Source of the DNA: an uncultured Gemmatimonadales bacterium
Lineage (GTDB): Bacteria; Gemmatimonadota; Gemmatimonadetes; Longimicrobiales; Longimicrobiaceae
DNA: 64,000 nucleotides
NCBI GenBank assembly: GCA_963716255.1
Contig: OY970303.1
Span: 2,080,001-2,144,000 of the forward strand
Direction: 5' to 3'
Shown: positions 9,314 to 19,521 of the stretch, piece by piece
Layout of the letters: each line of letters starts with the position of its first letter
Numbering within the stretch: the first letter of the stretch is position 1
Program-made: the position numbers and the translations under genes
The notes under the pieces: generated by a model
What the model saw: the letters and a program-made list of their open reading frames with translations, nothing else
Told to the model about the DNA's origin: nothing
Databases searched by the model: none

Positions 9314-10469
9314 GGGCTCCCTCCTTCACGTCGAAGATGCCCACCCAGCCCAGCTCGGCGAATTCGCTCTGGTGCGCGTGGAACATGTACTGCCCGGGAT
9401 ACTTGAAGCTGAACTCCAGGACGGCCCTCTCCCCCTGGCAGAGCATGACGATGTCGGTCAGCTCGGAGCGCTCCAGGTCCGTCCCGGTCCGGTACAGGCG
9501 GAACATGTTCCCGTGGAGGTGGAACGAGTTGATCAGGTCGAACTCGGTCACGTTCACCAGGTAGACGCGCACCAGCTCGCCCAGCCGGACGGGGATGGGG
9601 TGCTTCTGGTAGTGGAAGGCCACGGTGTTCACCGAGTAGACCTCGTTCTCGCCGTCGAAGTTGGTGTCGAACGCGTTCATCACCATCACCAGCTCCCTCG
9701 CGGGCGGGCGGCCCTGCTTGGGGTCCACGATGAACACGCCGTAGAGCCCCTTGTGGAGGTGCCGCTTCAGCGGCACCGCGTGGCAGTGGTAGAGGTGAAG
9801 CCCGAAGGGCTCCGCGTCGAACTCGTAGGTGAAGGTCCCCCCGGGCTGCACGATCTCGAAGGCCCCGTCCATGCCGGCCGGGTGCACCCCGTGGAAGTGT
9901 ATCGTGTGCGGGTGGCTGCCGCCGTTGACGAAGCTCACCCGCAGGCGGTCGCCCTCGGTGCAGCGGAGAGTGGGGCCGGGGACCTCGCCGTTGTACGTCC
10001 ACGCGGGGAAGAACACCCCCGGCGCGACCTCGATCTCCTTTTCCGTCACGAAGCACCGGTACTCGCGCAGCACCTGCCCGGAGGGGAGCCGGGAGACCCG
10101 CCCGCCCTCGAACCGGGTGAGGAACGCGGACGGGCTGAACCCGTCGGGCCGGACGTCGCCCACGGCCATCATATCGTCGTGGGAGCCATGCATCCCGTGC
10201 GGGCGGTCGGACGGGCGTGGCCCCACCCCGGGCGAGGCGTCCCCATGCGCCTGCGAGGCGAGCCCGAGCGTGCTTCCCGCCGCCGCCAGTCCCACCACCC
10301 CGACCGCTCCCGCCCTGAGGAGGTCGCGGCGGCTCAGGCGCACGCCTCGGGAGCCAGGGCGCTCGTGAACGCCCTCGTCCGCCGCGGCGGCCGTCACGCC
10401 CCGCGAACCGTCCGTCCCGGCCGGAGCAGGATCCGCCGGCACCGCTCCGTCCCGACTCGACTTGCTCAT
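9306..10469 (-). CDS. Tat-exported two-domain multicopper oxidase
   Basis: SRRDLL twin-arginine signal. Motifs HTIHFHG, YHCH...H, FHLHG and FHAH. Confidence 0.9.
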   Translation of the reverse strand: MSKSSRDGAVPADPAPAGTDGSRGVTAAAADEGVHERPGSRGVRLSRRDLLRAGAVGVVGLAAAGSTLGLASQAHGDASPGVGPRPSDRPHGMHGSHDDMMAVGDVRPDGFSPSAFLTRFEGGRVSRLPSGQVLREYRCFVTEKEIEVAPGVFFPAWTYNGEVPGPTLRCTEGDRLRVSFVNGGSHPHTIHFHGVHPAGMDGAFEIVQPGGTFTYEFDAEPFGLHLYHCHAVPLKRHLHKGLYGVFIVDPKQGRPPARELVMVMNAFDTNFDGENEVYSVNTVAFHYQKHPIPVRLGELVRVYLVNVTEFDLINSFHLHGNMFRLYRTGTDLERSELTDIVMLCQGERAVLEFSFKYPGQYMFHAHQSEFAELGWVGIFDVKEGAHA

Positions 10470-10590
10470 CTCTCGCCTTCCCCCGGCCCTGCCCGGGGAG
10501 GTGGATCGCCGGACGCCATCACCATCCCTGCCGGATCAGGCATCCTCCGCGAACAGGACTGCCGTTGCGTTTAGCGTGCACGCAACCAAA

Positions 10591-10608
10591 TTTTAAACTA
10601 GTCTAAAA
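10591..10608. promoter_or_regulatory. Candidate metalloregulator box (DtxR/MntR-like)
   Basis: TTTTAAACTAGTCTAAAA, an 18-bp palindrome with one mismatched pair, about 120 bp upstream of the oxidase-ZIP operon. Confidence 0.55.
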
Positions 10609-10686
10609 CGTGTTTGCGGCAGATGCAAGCTTTTCGTGTCGCGGTTGTGCAGAGCACGCGGTTCGGACCCTTCTCAGTTGCCGTTC

Positions 10687-10839
10687 TCGCAGTACCCACA
10701 TGAATCTGTTCGGAGGGAGACCCGCCGGCAGTTTGGCGGGGCTCACTCCGGCGCAGGGAGACTCGCCGGCCGTTTGGCGAGGCTCCCGGAGCCCGCGCAG
10801 GAGACGGTCGGCAGTATCGTCCGGCTCCGGAGCGGCCCC
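10687..10839 (+). repeat. Structured repeat family 2 (three tandem GAGAC-stem-loop-GGCTC hairpins), copy 1
   Basis: Shares ends (TCGCAGTACCCA ... GGCTCCGGAGCGGCCCC) and layout with 36764-36916. Confidence 0.85.
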
Positions 10840-10925
10840 GCCAGGCCACACATTGCCGACCACATCGCAAAACCCTACCATCCCCGGTCCCCCAAGCAGA
10901 CCGGAAGACCCCACCCGGGAGATCC

Positions 10926-13751
10926 ATGCAGCGACTCCGCACCCCGTCCGCCCTCCTCGTCGCCGCCGTGCTCGCGGCCGCGCCCGCCCCCGCCCAGGAC
11001 CTTCCGCGTGTCCCGGAGCGCGGAGGCTGCCGCGGGGAGATGGCGGCCCGCCTGGCCTTCGGGATGTGCCCGGACAGCACCTACGACTTCTACGCCGCGG
11101 GCGCCTACCGCGAGGGCGTCCCCCGGCCGGAGCAGGTGCTGGGCTACCCCGTGGGCAGCTGGCACACCACCTACGGCCGCATGGAGCGCTACCTGGACGC
11201 GCTCGCCCGCGCGGTCCCCGGGCGCGTGAAGGTGATGCCGTACGGGCGGAGCGTGGAGCACCAGACCATGTACCTGGTGGCCGTCTCCGGCGAGGCGAAC
11301 ATCGCCCGCCTGGACGCGGTGCGCGCCGACCTGCAGGCGCTGGCGGACCCGCGCCGCACCGGCGCGGCGGAGGCGGCGGAGATCGCCCGGCGCACCCCCA
11401 TCGGGGTGTGGATCAATTCCGCCAACGACGGCAACGAGACGGCGGCGTTCGAGGCGGCCATCCAGCTCGCCTACCAGCTCGCCGCGGGCGAGGACGACCG
11501 CACGCGGGCCATGCGCGACGGGGCGCTGGTGCTCATCAACCTGGCGCACAACCCGGAGAGCCACGAGCGGCACGTGGCCTGGTACAACGCCTTCGTCACG
11601 GGCGACGCGGACCCGGCCGCGCTGGAGCACCGCGCGCCCTGGGGGATGAGCACCAACAACAACCACTACCAGTTCGACCTCAACCGCGACGCCCTGGGGC
11701 TGGTGCAGACCGAGTCGCGCGCGGTGGCGGCGGAGCTGCAGCGCTGGCGCCCGCAGGTGTTCGCGGACCTGCACGGGCAGACGACGCAGTACTTCTTCCC
11801 CCCCGCCGCGGACCCGGTGAACCCCTTTCTCCCGCCGCAGACGGAGAAGTGGCTGGAGGTCTTCGGGCGGGGGAACGCGGCGGCCTTCGACCGGCAGGGG
11901 TGGAGCTACTTCACCCGCGACGTCTTCGACCTGCACTACCCCGGCTACTGGGACTCGTATCCCGCCTTCCAGGGCGCCACGGGGATGACGTACGAGACGG
12001 ACGGCGGCGGGAGCCGGGGGGTGCGCTGGCGGCGAGACGACGGCACCATCCTCACCTTCGCGGACGGGATCGCCGGGCACTTCGTGGCCTCGCTCGCCAC
12101 CATCGAGACCGCGGTGCGAAACCGGGAGGCGCGGATGCGCGACTTCCACGACTTCTTCGCCTCGGCGGTGGCGGAGGGGGAGCGCGGGCGGCTGCGCACG
12201 GTGGTGCTCCCCCCCGGCCGCGACCCGCGCCTGGCAGCCAGGCTGGCGACCACCCTGCTCCGCCACGGGGTGGAGGTGCGCCGCGTCACCGCGGGCGGGC
12301 GGGTGGCCGGCACCGACTACGCCACCGGCGAGCGCGCGAGCCGCGAGGTGCCGGCCGGGTCGTACCTGGTGGACCTCGCCCAGCCCATGGGCCGCCTGGC
12401 GCGCGTCCTCCTGGCGCCGGAGACTCCGCTGCCGGCCAGCTTCACCCGGCAGGAGAACGAGCGGCGCGCCCGCAACGCCCGCCGCGCGGAGGGCGAGCAG
12501 GAGGGGTACGCCTTCTACGACGTGACGGCCTGGAACCTTCCCATGGCCCACGGCGCCGCCGGCTTCTGGACCGGCGACCGGGTGGGGCTGGCCTCGGAGC
12601 CGCTGCGGCTGGGCGAGGAAGCGATGAAGGCGCCCGGCGGCTGGGAGGGGGAGACGGGGTGGGAGGTCCCCGGCGGCGTCGCGGGGCGGGCGGCAAGCGC
12701 CTACGCCTGGGCGGCGGGAACGCACGGGGCCACGCGCCTCCTCGCGCGGCTGATGGACGAGGGCTTCAACGTGGCCGTGGCCGCGCGCGACCTGGTGGTG
12801 GACGGCGAGGACTTTCCCCGCGGCACCTTCGTGGCCCGCGTGGACCGCAACCGCCCCGAACTGCACGCCCGCGTGGACGCGCTGGCGCGCGAGGCCGGGG
12901 TGCGGGTGGCCGCGTCGCAGAGCGCCTTCCAGGAGCGCGGGGCGGTGGGAACCGGCTCGGGATCGGTGCGGACGCTGCGGGCGCCGCGCGTCGCGGTGCT
13001 CGCCGGCGAGGGGGTGGACCCCACCTCCTACGGGGCGCTCTGGTTCCACCTGGAGCGCCGCATCGCGCAGCCGTTCACCCCGGTGCGCGCCTCCGACCTG
13101 GCCACGCTGCATCTGGACGGCTTCAACGTGCTGGTGCTCCCCGACGGGAGCTACGGCGCCACGGTGGGCAGGGCGGGCGCCGACCGCGTCCGCGACTGGG
13201 TTCGCCGCGGCGGCGAGGCGATCGGCTACGCCGGCGGCGCCGCCTTCCTGGCGGAGCAGGGGCTGGCGGGCGGCGAGGACGCGGAGCCGGCGCGCCCTTC
13301 CGCCGACTCGCTGGAGGCGGCCGCGCGGCGGGTGGAGGCGCTCGCCCCCGGCGCCGAGCTGCCGCCCGCGCGCAGCCCGCGGGCCCGCCCGGACGCGCCC
13401 ATCCCGGTCCCCGGCGCCTTCCTCCGCGGGCGCCTGGACCGCACCCACTGGCTCACCTTCGGCTACGACCGCGCCGAGCTGCCGCTGCTGGTGCAGGGGC
13501 CGCCGCTGCGCCTTTCCGCCTCGGGGGCCACGCCGGTGGTGTACGCGGCGGGGGACCGGCTGGTGATGAGCGGGCACACCTGGGGCGACAACACCCGCGC
13601 CGCCTACGCCGGCCGCGCCTTCGCCACCGTGGACGACCTGGGCTCGGGCCGTGTGGTGCTCCTGGCCGAGGACCCCCTCTTCCGCGGCGTGTTCGACGCC
13701 CCCGCCCTGCTGCTGACCAACGCCATCTACCTCGGCGCGCGCGGTCGGTAG
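10926..13751 (+). CDS. M14-family zinc carboxypeptidase-like secreted protein with C-terminal GATase-like domain
   Basis: Signal peptide. Motifs YGRSVE, DGNE, NHYQFDLNRD, DLHG and GMTYET. Confidence 0.8.
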   Translation: MQRLRTPSALLVAAVLAAAPAPAQDLPRVPERGGCRGEMAARLAFGMCPDSTYDFYAAGAYREGVPRPEQVLGYPVGSWHTTYGRMERYLDALARAVPGRVKVMPYGRSVEHQTMYLVAVSGEANIARLDAVRADLQALADPRRTGAAEAAEIARRTPIGVWINSANDGNETAAFEAAIQLAYQLAAGEDDRTRAMRDGALVLINLAHNPESHERHVAWYNAFVTGDADPAALEHRAPWGMSTNNNHYQFDLNRDALGLVQTESRAVAAELQRWRPQVFADLHGQTTQYFFPPAADPVNPFLPPQTEKWLEVFGRGNAAAFDRQGWSYFTRDVFDLHYPGYWDSYPAFQGATGMTYETDGGGSRGVRWRRDDGTILTFADGIAGHFVASLATIETAVRNREARMRDFHDFFASAVAEGERGRLRTVVLPPGRDPRLAARLATTLLRHGVEVRRVTAGGRVAGTDYATGERASREVPAGSYLVDLAQPMGRLARVLLAPETPLPASFTRQENERRARNARRAEGEQEGYAFYDVTAWNLPMAHGAAGFWTGDRVGLASEPLRLGEEAMKAPGGWEGETGWEVPGGVAGRAASAYAWAAGTHGATRLLARLMDEGFNVAVAARDLVVDGEDFPRGTFVARVDRNRPELHARVDALAREAGVRVAASQSAFQERGAVGTGSGSVRTLRAPRVAVLAGEGVDPTSYGALWFHLERRIAQPFTPVRASDLATLHLDGFNVLVLPDGSYGATVGRAGADRVRDWVRRGGEAIGYAGGAAFLAEQGLAGGEDAEPARPSADSLEAAARRVEALAPGAELPPARSPRARPDAPIPVPGAFLRGRLDRTHWLTFGYDRAELPLLVQGPPLRLSASGATPVVYAAGDRLVMSGHTWGDNTRAAYAGRAFATVDDLGSGRVVLLAEDPLFRGVFDAPALLLTNAIYLGARGR

Positions 13752-13774
13752 CGCAGCGGAGCCGGGCCGACAAC

Positions 13775-13808
13775 GCAAAGGGGCCCCTCTCACGAGGGGC
13801 CCCTTTGC
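13775..13808. terminator. Probable bidirectional intrinsic terminator
   Basis: GCAAAGGGGCCCCTC-TCAC-GAGGGGCCCCTTTGC, a 15-bp stem between convergent genes. Confidence 0.7.
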
Positions 13809-13820
13809 CGTTCCGATTCT

Positions 13821-13948
13821 GCGTGAGGGATTTCGGCCCGAAGGGGCGAGACCCCGCGCAGTTTGCGGGGGCTCGACTCCGTTAGCGAGCGTTGTTTGCT
13901 CGCTTACGGAGCCGAAGCCCGACCCCGGCGCCAGCCGGGGGCACGCCC
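13821..13948 (+). repeat. Structured dispersed element family 1, copy B
   Basis: Same scaffold; variable stem AGCGAGC/GCTCGCT. Confidence 0.95.
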
Positions 13949-13970
13949 AGACCCTGCCCTTCTACCAGGA

Positions 13971-15440
13971 TCAGGCGTCGCGGTTCTGGCACTGCGTGAA
14001 GTTGGGGTTGTTCTGCTCGTCGATCGGGAGCGGGAAGTTCACGTCGGTCCCGTGGGTGCCGAACGCGACCTCGCCCGTGAACGCCCCGGTCCCGGTGTTG
14101 CGCCCCGGCCGGGTGTACTGCCCCGTCGGGAACACCGTGTTCGCCGCGCGGCCGTACTGCCGCACCAGGCGGCGCATGGCCGGGAGCCGCTGCGACATCC
14201 CGAAGGTCCAGAACGCCCGCTCCGCGAAGAACTGGTTGACGCGGGCGGCCGGCGTACCCGGGTCGGTGAGCGCCGCGAGCGGCCCCGCCGCCGCGGACAC
14301 GTTGGCCTGGAACCGGCCCAGCAGCGCCGTGGTGCCGGCGCGCAGCGAGTTGAGGGAGTCCACGTACTGCGCGGCGGCGCCGCGGTTGAGCACCGCCTCG
14401 GCGCGGATCAGCGTCGCCTCCACGCCGGAGGCGAGCACGTTCGCCGAACCGCGCGTGGGAAAGCGCTGCTGCGTCCAGTGGTAGATGCGCGGGTCCGCGC
14501 CGCCCGCGGTGCTGACGCTCCAGGGGGTGCGCGGGTCCTGCCCGGCGGTCGCCGTGCCCTGCCGGAACGCGAGCCCGTTGCCGCCCTGGCCGGAGGCGAT
14601 CCCGTACTCCCGGCGCACGATGGTGAGCCCGTTGATGCCGTTGTTCTGGCGGGTGGTGTTTTCCGAGTGCTCGATCAGGTACACGAAGTCCCGCGGCACC
14701 CCGGCGACCGCAGTCGCGGCGTCCGCGTACCGGTTCTGGTTGAGCAGCACGCGCCCCTTGCCCACGCGGGCCAGGTTGGCCTGCGCCACGGCCGCCGCCC
14801 CGGTCCCCGCCGCGCTCGCGATGGCGAGCCCCTGGTCGAAGTACGCGGACGCCTTGGCGAGCATCTCGGCGGTGCTGAGCGGCATCCCCGGCACCAGCGC
14901 GCCGCTCGCGTCCTGCGTGCTGAACGGAACGCCGGAGCAGTACGCCTCGGCGATCAGCAGGTAGGCGTAGCCCGCCAGGTTGGCCATCTCTGCGTGACCC
15001 GCCGTGTTCTTGAGCTCGCTGGCCTCGAACGCCCCCACCGCGAACTCGGCGCTGCGGCGGGCCCGCTGCATCCCCCGGAACGCGTTGGTGGTGGCCGTGT
15101 TGCTTTCCGGCACCGTGCGCAGGTCCAGCTCGCGGTTCTGCTGGAAGGTCCCCGCGTGGTAGAACTCGTCGGTGAACAGCCCGGTGGCGATGGTCAGCCC
15201 CTCGGTCTGGCCGGCGCCGCCGTACCCGACCTGGAAGTCGGCGATCACGCTGCCGCGGAGCGCCGCCAGGTTGGAGGGGTCCTGGAGCGTCTCCGGCAGG
15301 GTGACGTCCGGGTCCTCCACGTCCAGCACGCCGTCGATGTCGCACGCCGCGAGCGGGAACACGAGCGCGGCGCAGGCGAGGCGGAGGGAGGGGCCGAAGC
15401 CCCTCCGCACCCGTCCGCGGAGATTGTATGGATGCTTCAT
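13971..15440 (-). CDS. SusD/RagB-like lipoprotein
   Basis: Start MKHPYN at 15440, lipobox LAAC. Motifs LIRAEA, ERAFWTFG..QRL and FPLP..E..NNP. Directly downstream of SusC. Confidence 0.85.
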   Translation of the reverse strand: MKHPYNLRGRVRRGFGPSLRLACAALVFPLAACDIDGVLDVEDPDVTLPETLQDPSNLAALRGSVIADFQVGYGGAGQTEGLTIATGLFTDEFYHAGTFQQNRELDLRTVPESNTATTNAFRGMQRARRSAEFAVGAFEASELKNTAGHAEMANLAGYAYLLIAEAYCSGVPFSTQDASGALVPGMPLSTAEMLAKASAYFDQGLAIASAAGTGAAAVAQANLARVGKGRVLLNQNRYADAATAVAGVPRDFVYLIEHSENTTRQNNGINGLTIVRREYGIASGQGGNGLAFRQGTATAGQDPRTPWSVSTAGGADPRIYHWTQQRFPTRGSANVLASGVEATLIRAEAVLNRGAAAQYVDSLNSLRAGTTALLGRFQANVSAAAGPLAALTDPGTPAARVNQFFAERAFWTFGMSQRLPAMRRLVRQYGRAANTVFPTGQYTRPGRNTGTGAFTGEVAFGTHGTDVNFPLPIDEQNNPNFTQCQNRDA

Positions 15441-15454
15441 CGGTCCTCCGTCGC

Positions 15455-18400
15455 TCAGAAGTTCACGTCGACGCGCGCCGTGTAGTAGCGGAGCGGCGGC
15501 TGGGTGTAGTACTCGTAGTTCGAGAAGCCGCCGTTCCCGGAGAAGATGCCGTAGCCGTTCAGCTCCGGGTCGAAGCCCGTGTAATCGGTCCACGTCTTCA
15601 GGTTCCGGCCGGAGACCGTCAGCCGCAGCCCCGAGCCACCGAACCGCTGGGCGAAGCGCTCGGGGAGCATCAGGCTCACCGACAGCTCGCGCAGCTTGAC
15701 GAAGTCGGCGTCCTCGTGGAACACGTACGTGTTGACGTTCGGCTCCAGGTAGTTGTAGGCGATGAAGCCCGCCTGGTCGCGGAGCGAGGCGGCGTCGGGG
15801 TTGAACACCGACTCGCACAGCGCCTCCCACGCGCACCGGTCGAAGCGCGTGAAGTTGAGCTGCTTGTGCCCGCCCTTGTAGTCCAGCAGCCCCGACACCT
15901 TCACCAGGTTGAACAGGGTGAAGTTGGTGGTGAAGGACGCCTCGCGGGTGGGGAGCGGCGTGCCGATGTACTCCAGCGAGTCGCCCAGCATGACCTCGCA
16001 CCCGGCCTGCCCGTACTCGGCGCCGTCCAGGCAGGCCAGCGCCTGCAGGAGCCCGTCGCCGTTGAGGTCCTGGTACTCCACCCGGCGCTGCCAGTACCCG
16101 CCCAGCGAGTAGCCGGGGAGGTGGCGCTGCGTCGTGCGGCCCGGGCCGGTGACGTAGATGGGGTCGATCCCCTCGCCCAGCGTCAGCAGCTCGTTCTTGT
16201 TGGTGGAGCCGGTGAGGGTGAAGTCCCACTCGAAGTTGGGTCGGTCCAGCACGTTGGCGTTCAGCGACGCCTCGAAGCCGGAGTTCCGCACCTCGCCGAT
16301 GTTGTCGAAGCGGTTCGTCGTCAGGCCGAACGACGACGGGATCGGCACGCGCACCAGCGCGTCCTTGGAGGTCTTGTTGTAGTACGTCAGCTCGAGGCCC
16401 AGGCGGTCCTCCAGGAACCCGCTCTCGAAGCCCACCTCGATCTCGCTGGCGATCTCCGGGCGCAGCCTCTCGTTGCCCGTGCCGCCGACGTTGGTGCCGC
16501 CGGTCGCCAGCGCCACCGCCGGGATCTCCGAGCCGCCCGTCCGCACCGACACCGGCGCGAAGTAGGTGATGGCGTCGCGGAAGCTGGGCCGCAGCCCCGA
16601 GCGGCCGTAGGCCGCGCGCAGCCGCAGGTTGCTGAGGACGTCCACCTGCGGGAAGAACGGCTCCTCCGAGACCACCCAGGAGGCGCTCACCGACGGGTAG
16701 GTGATGAAGCCCGCCTCGTCGCCGAACGCGCTGTTCTCGTCGCCGCGGATGGCGGCGGTGAGGTACAGGCGGTCGTTCCAGGCGAACTGCTGCTGCACGT
16801 AGGCGCCCAGCGTGATGTTGTCCGTGGTGTTCTCGCTCACCGAAAACAGGCGCGAGGTCCCCTGCAGCGACTTGGTGCCCGGGGCCAGGCCGACGCCGTA
16901 CGCGCGGTTGTCGCGGTACAGCTCACGGTGGTACTGGGTGCCCACGGAGGTGGTGGAGGACAGGTTAGCCATGAGCGGGAAGGTCGCAGTCCCGTCCACC
17001 GTGCCGGTGAAGTTGCTCACCTGCACGCGGTTGGAGCGGCGCCACCCGAACGGGGCGTTGGCGCTGAAGCTGTTGAACACCCGGTTGGGCTCCACCAGCT
17101 CGTAGTCGTGCCGGTTCACTTGGTCCAGGCCGCCGGTCGCCACCAGGCTCAGCCAGCCGACCGGGCGGAAGTCGGCGTTCACGGAGCCGGTGACGCGGTT
17201 GGACTCCTGCCCGTAGTTGAACTCCATCATCTCGTCCGGCGGGACCGCGTAGTACCCCTGGTTCACGGTGGAGTCGGAACTCCCGAGCAGCCCGTTCAGC
17301 ATGAAGCCGTTGAGCGAGTTGTCGTTGTCCGGGAACGACATCCCCGTGTTCACGTAGCCCGTCTTCACCGAAAGGTTGAGCTTGTCGGTGGGGCGGGTGG
17401 TGAGGTTGGCGCGGAAGCTCGCCTGGTCCAGCTTGTTGAGGTCGATCACCCCCTGCTCGTCCTGCACTTCGCCCGCCACGTAGTAGGTGGTGGACTCGCT
17501 CCCGCCGCTCACGCTCAGGCCGTACTGGTTGCGGAAGCCGTCGCGGAGCACGGTGGTGGAGGGGTCCTCCAGCGGGCTGAACGACTTGACCCCGGTGATG
17601 GTGCAGAGGCCCTCGGCCACGTAGAAGGTGCGGCACTGGTCGCTGAGCGCCGCCACCCGGTCGGCGCTGAAGCTCGCCGGGTACTCGGTGACGTCGCGGA
17701 GCTCGCTGCGCTCGACGTTGAGGCTCCAGCGGGGGCGCCCGGCGCGGCCGCGCTTGGTGGTGATCTGGATCACCCCGTTGGCGGCGGCGGTGCCGTACAG
17801 GGCGGCGGCCGCGGGCCCCTTGAGGATCTCGACGTTCTCGATGTCCTCGGGGTTGATGTCGTTGAGCCGCGAGGGGCTCTGCCAGGTTGCGATGTTGGTG
17901 AAGTTGTCGGTGAGGGTGGCGCGGACGCCGTCGATCACCAGGAGCGGCTCGTTGGAGAGCGACACGCTGTTCGCCCCGCGGATGCGGATGCGCTGCGCGG
18001 AGCCCGCCGTGCCGCTGTACTGCGTCACCGTCACCCCGGGCGAGCGGCCCTGGAGGAGGTTGGTGGTGGTGGGCACCGACGCCAGCTCCACGTCCTGCGC
18101 GCTGATGGTGCCGATGGCGTTCCCCAGCTCGCGCTGCCGCTGCTCACGGCCGGAGGCGGTGACGACCAGGCCGCCGATCTCCAGCGCCGAGGAGCTGAGG
18201 GTGAAGTCGGCAGTCGCCGTCGCGCCGGCGGCGACCGCCACCGTCTGCACGCGGGTGTCGTACCCGATGCGCGTGGCGCTGACCTGCACCGAGCCGGTGC
18301 GCACGCCGGGGATGCGGTAGCTGCCGTCCTGCCCGGTGACGGTCCGGCTGGGCCCGTTCACCACGATGACCTGCGCGCCCGCGATGGGCTGCTGCTGCGA

Positions 18401-18505
18401 GTCCGTGACCCGCCCCGCGATGGTGCCCGTCGCCTGCGCGAGCAGCTGTCCGGGGACCGCGGCGATCGCGAGGCCGACTGCGAGTAGCCAACCAAGCTTC
18501 TTCAT
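15455..18505 (-). CDS. SusC/RagA-family TonB-dependent outer-membrane protein
   Basis: Start MKKLGW at 18505 after AAGGAG. Signature DINPEDIENVEILKGPAAAALYGTAAANGVIQITTKRG; C-terminal F. Confidence 0.95.
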   Translation of the reverse strand: MKKLGWLLAVGLAIAAVPGQLLAQATGTIAGRVTDSQQQPIAGAQVIVVNGPSRTVTGQDGSYRIPGVRTGSVQVSATRIGYDTRVQTVAVAAGATATADFTLSSSALEIGGLVVTASGREQRQRELGNAIGTISAQDVELASVPTTTNLLQGRSPGVTVTQYSGTAGSAQRIRIRGANSVSLSNEPLLVIDGVRATLTDNFTNIATWQSPSRLNDINPEDIENVEILKGPAAAALYGTAAANGVIQITTKRGRAGRPRWSLNVERSELRDVTEYPASFSADRVAALSDQCRTFYVAEGLCTITGVKSFSPLEDPSTTVLRDGFRNQYGLSVSGGSESTTYYVAGEVQDEQGVIDLNKLDQASFRANLTTRPTDKLNLSVKTGYVNTGMSFPDNDNSLNGFMLNGLLGSSDSTVNQGYYAVPPDEMMEFNYGQESNRVTGSVNADFRPVGWLSLVATGGLDQVNRHDYELVEPNRVFNSFSANAPFGWRRSNRVQVSNFTGTVDGTATFPLMANLSSTTSVGTQYHRELYRDNRAYGVGLAPGTKSLQGTSRLFSVSENTTDNITLGAYVQQQFAWNDRLYLTAAIRGDENSAFGDEAGFITYPSVSASWVVSEEPFFPQVDVLSNLRLRAAYGRSGLRPSFRDAITYFAPVSVRTGGSEIPAVALATGGTNVGGTGNERLRPEIASEIEVGFESGFLEDRLGLELTYYNKTSKDALVRVPIPSSFGLTTNRFDNIGEVRNSGFEASLNANVLDRPNFEWDFTLTGSTNKNELLTLGEGIDPIYVTGPGRTTQRHLPGYSLGGYWQRRVEYQDLNGDGLLQALACLDGAEYGQAGCEVMLGDSLEYIGTPLPTREASFTTNFTLFNLVKVSGLLDYKGGHKQLNFTRFDRCAWEALCESVFNPDAASLRDQAGFIAYNYLEPNVNTYVFHEDADFVKLRELSVSLMLPERFAQRFGGSGLRLTVSGRNLKTWTDYTGFDPELNGYGIFSGNGGFSNYEYYTQPPLRYYTARVDVNF

Positions 18506-18858
18506 GCTGTCTCCTTGTGTTGCCGGTGTGTCCTGCGACCCACAGAACTCGTGGCGGCGGTTTCCGGCGGCCGCCGCCTCACTCGAACCACGGTGGCTCT
18601 CGACCGACTCCTTCGGGGCTGAGGTGGTGGGCATGCACACGGTTCGTCCCGTGTGGAGTGGCCGCGCAGGCGCGAAGCCCCACACCGGACGGGCCGGGGC
18701 GGGGTCAGACGCCGGGAAGCGCTGTGGGCGAGGGAGCTGCGGCCACGGCGGATTCGATCGGGAATCGGGTATGTCGGGCTGATTGCCCCGAAGGGGCCGG
18801 GGAGGGCAGAGTAGCCTTCGGCCGGGGCCTTGTCAATCGCCCCGGCCGGCGGCCGCGC

Positions 18859-19419
18859 TCAGAAGAGCGTCACGCCCACCAGGTACTGGTTGCGGCCCAG
18901 GTCGCTTCCCTGGTTCTCGGCGGCGGAGGTGCTCACCCGGCGGTACTGCGCGTCCAGCCCCAGCAGCGAGCCCAGCTGCACCCGCACCCCCACCTGGAAG
19001 CCCAGCTGGGTGCGGGTGTCCTCGATCTCCGGGGCCTGCGGGTCGTCCAGGTCCTCCTTGCTGAAGCGGCCCAGCCCGGCGTGGATCCCCGCGTACGGGG
19101 AGACGGGGAGCAGCGGCAGGTTGAGGAAGTAGTTGGCCTCGGCGAGCACCGTCAGCGAGCTGGTCTCCACGTCCTGGTCGGTGACCCCGCCGCTGGCGTA
19201 GCCGGACACTCCCACCCCGATCCCCAGGGGGAGGACGAACTCCGCGCCGATGCTGACGCCGTCGGCGTCGGGAAGGGTGTCGGCGCGCTCCTCGTTGATG
19301 GTGGACGAGTTGAAGATGTAGTGCCCCTTGAGCGCGAAGCCCTGCTGCGCGTGCGCCGCCGCCGCGGTGCCGAGCACGAGGAGGAGCGAGAAGAAGGCGC
19401 TGCGGATCCGGTTCTGCAT
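18859..19419 (-). CDS. Small outer-membrane beta-barrel (OmpA-like TM domain)
   Basis: Signal peptide, amphipathic strands, PYAGIHAG, terminal VGVTLF. Confidence 0.75.
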   Translation of the reverse strand: MQNRIRSAFFSLLLVLGTAAAAHAQQGFALKGHYIFNSSTINEERADTLPDADGVSIGAEFVLPLGIGVGVSGYASGGVTDQDVETSSLTVLAEANYFLNLPLLPVSPYAGIHAGLGRFSKEDLDDPQAPEIEDTRTQLGFQVGVRVQLGSLLGLDAQYRRVSTSAAENQGSDLGRNQYLVGVTLF

Positions 19420-19521
19420 GGTCGTGTGTACGCTGGTTCGTCGTGTGTCGCGGGGCCTGGCCCGGATCATACTTCCGGGGCGGCGCCCGGGGCAACCGCC
19501 GGGCGGCCGTCGGCGGCTCCG

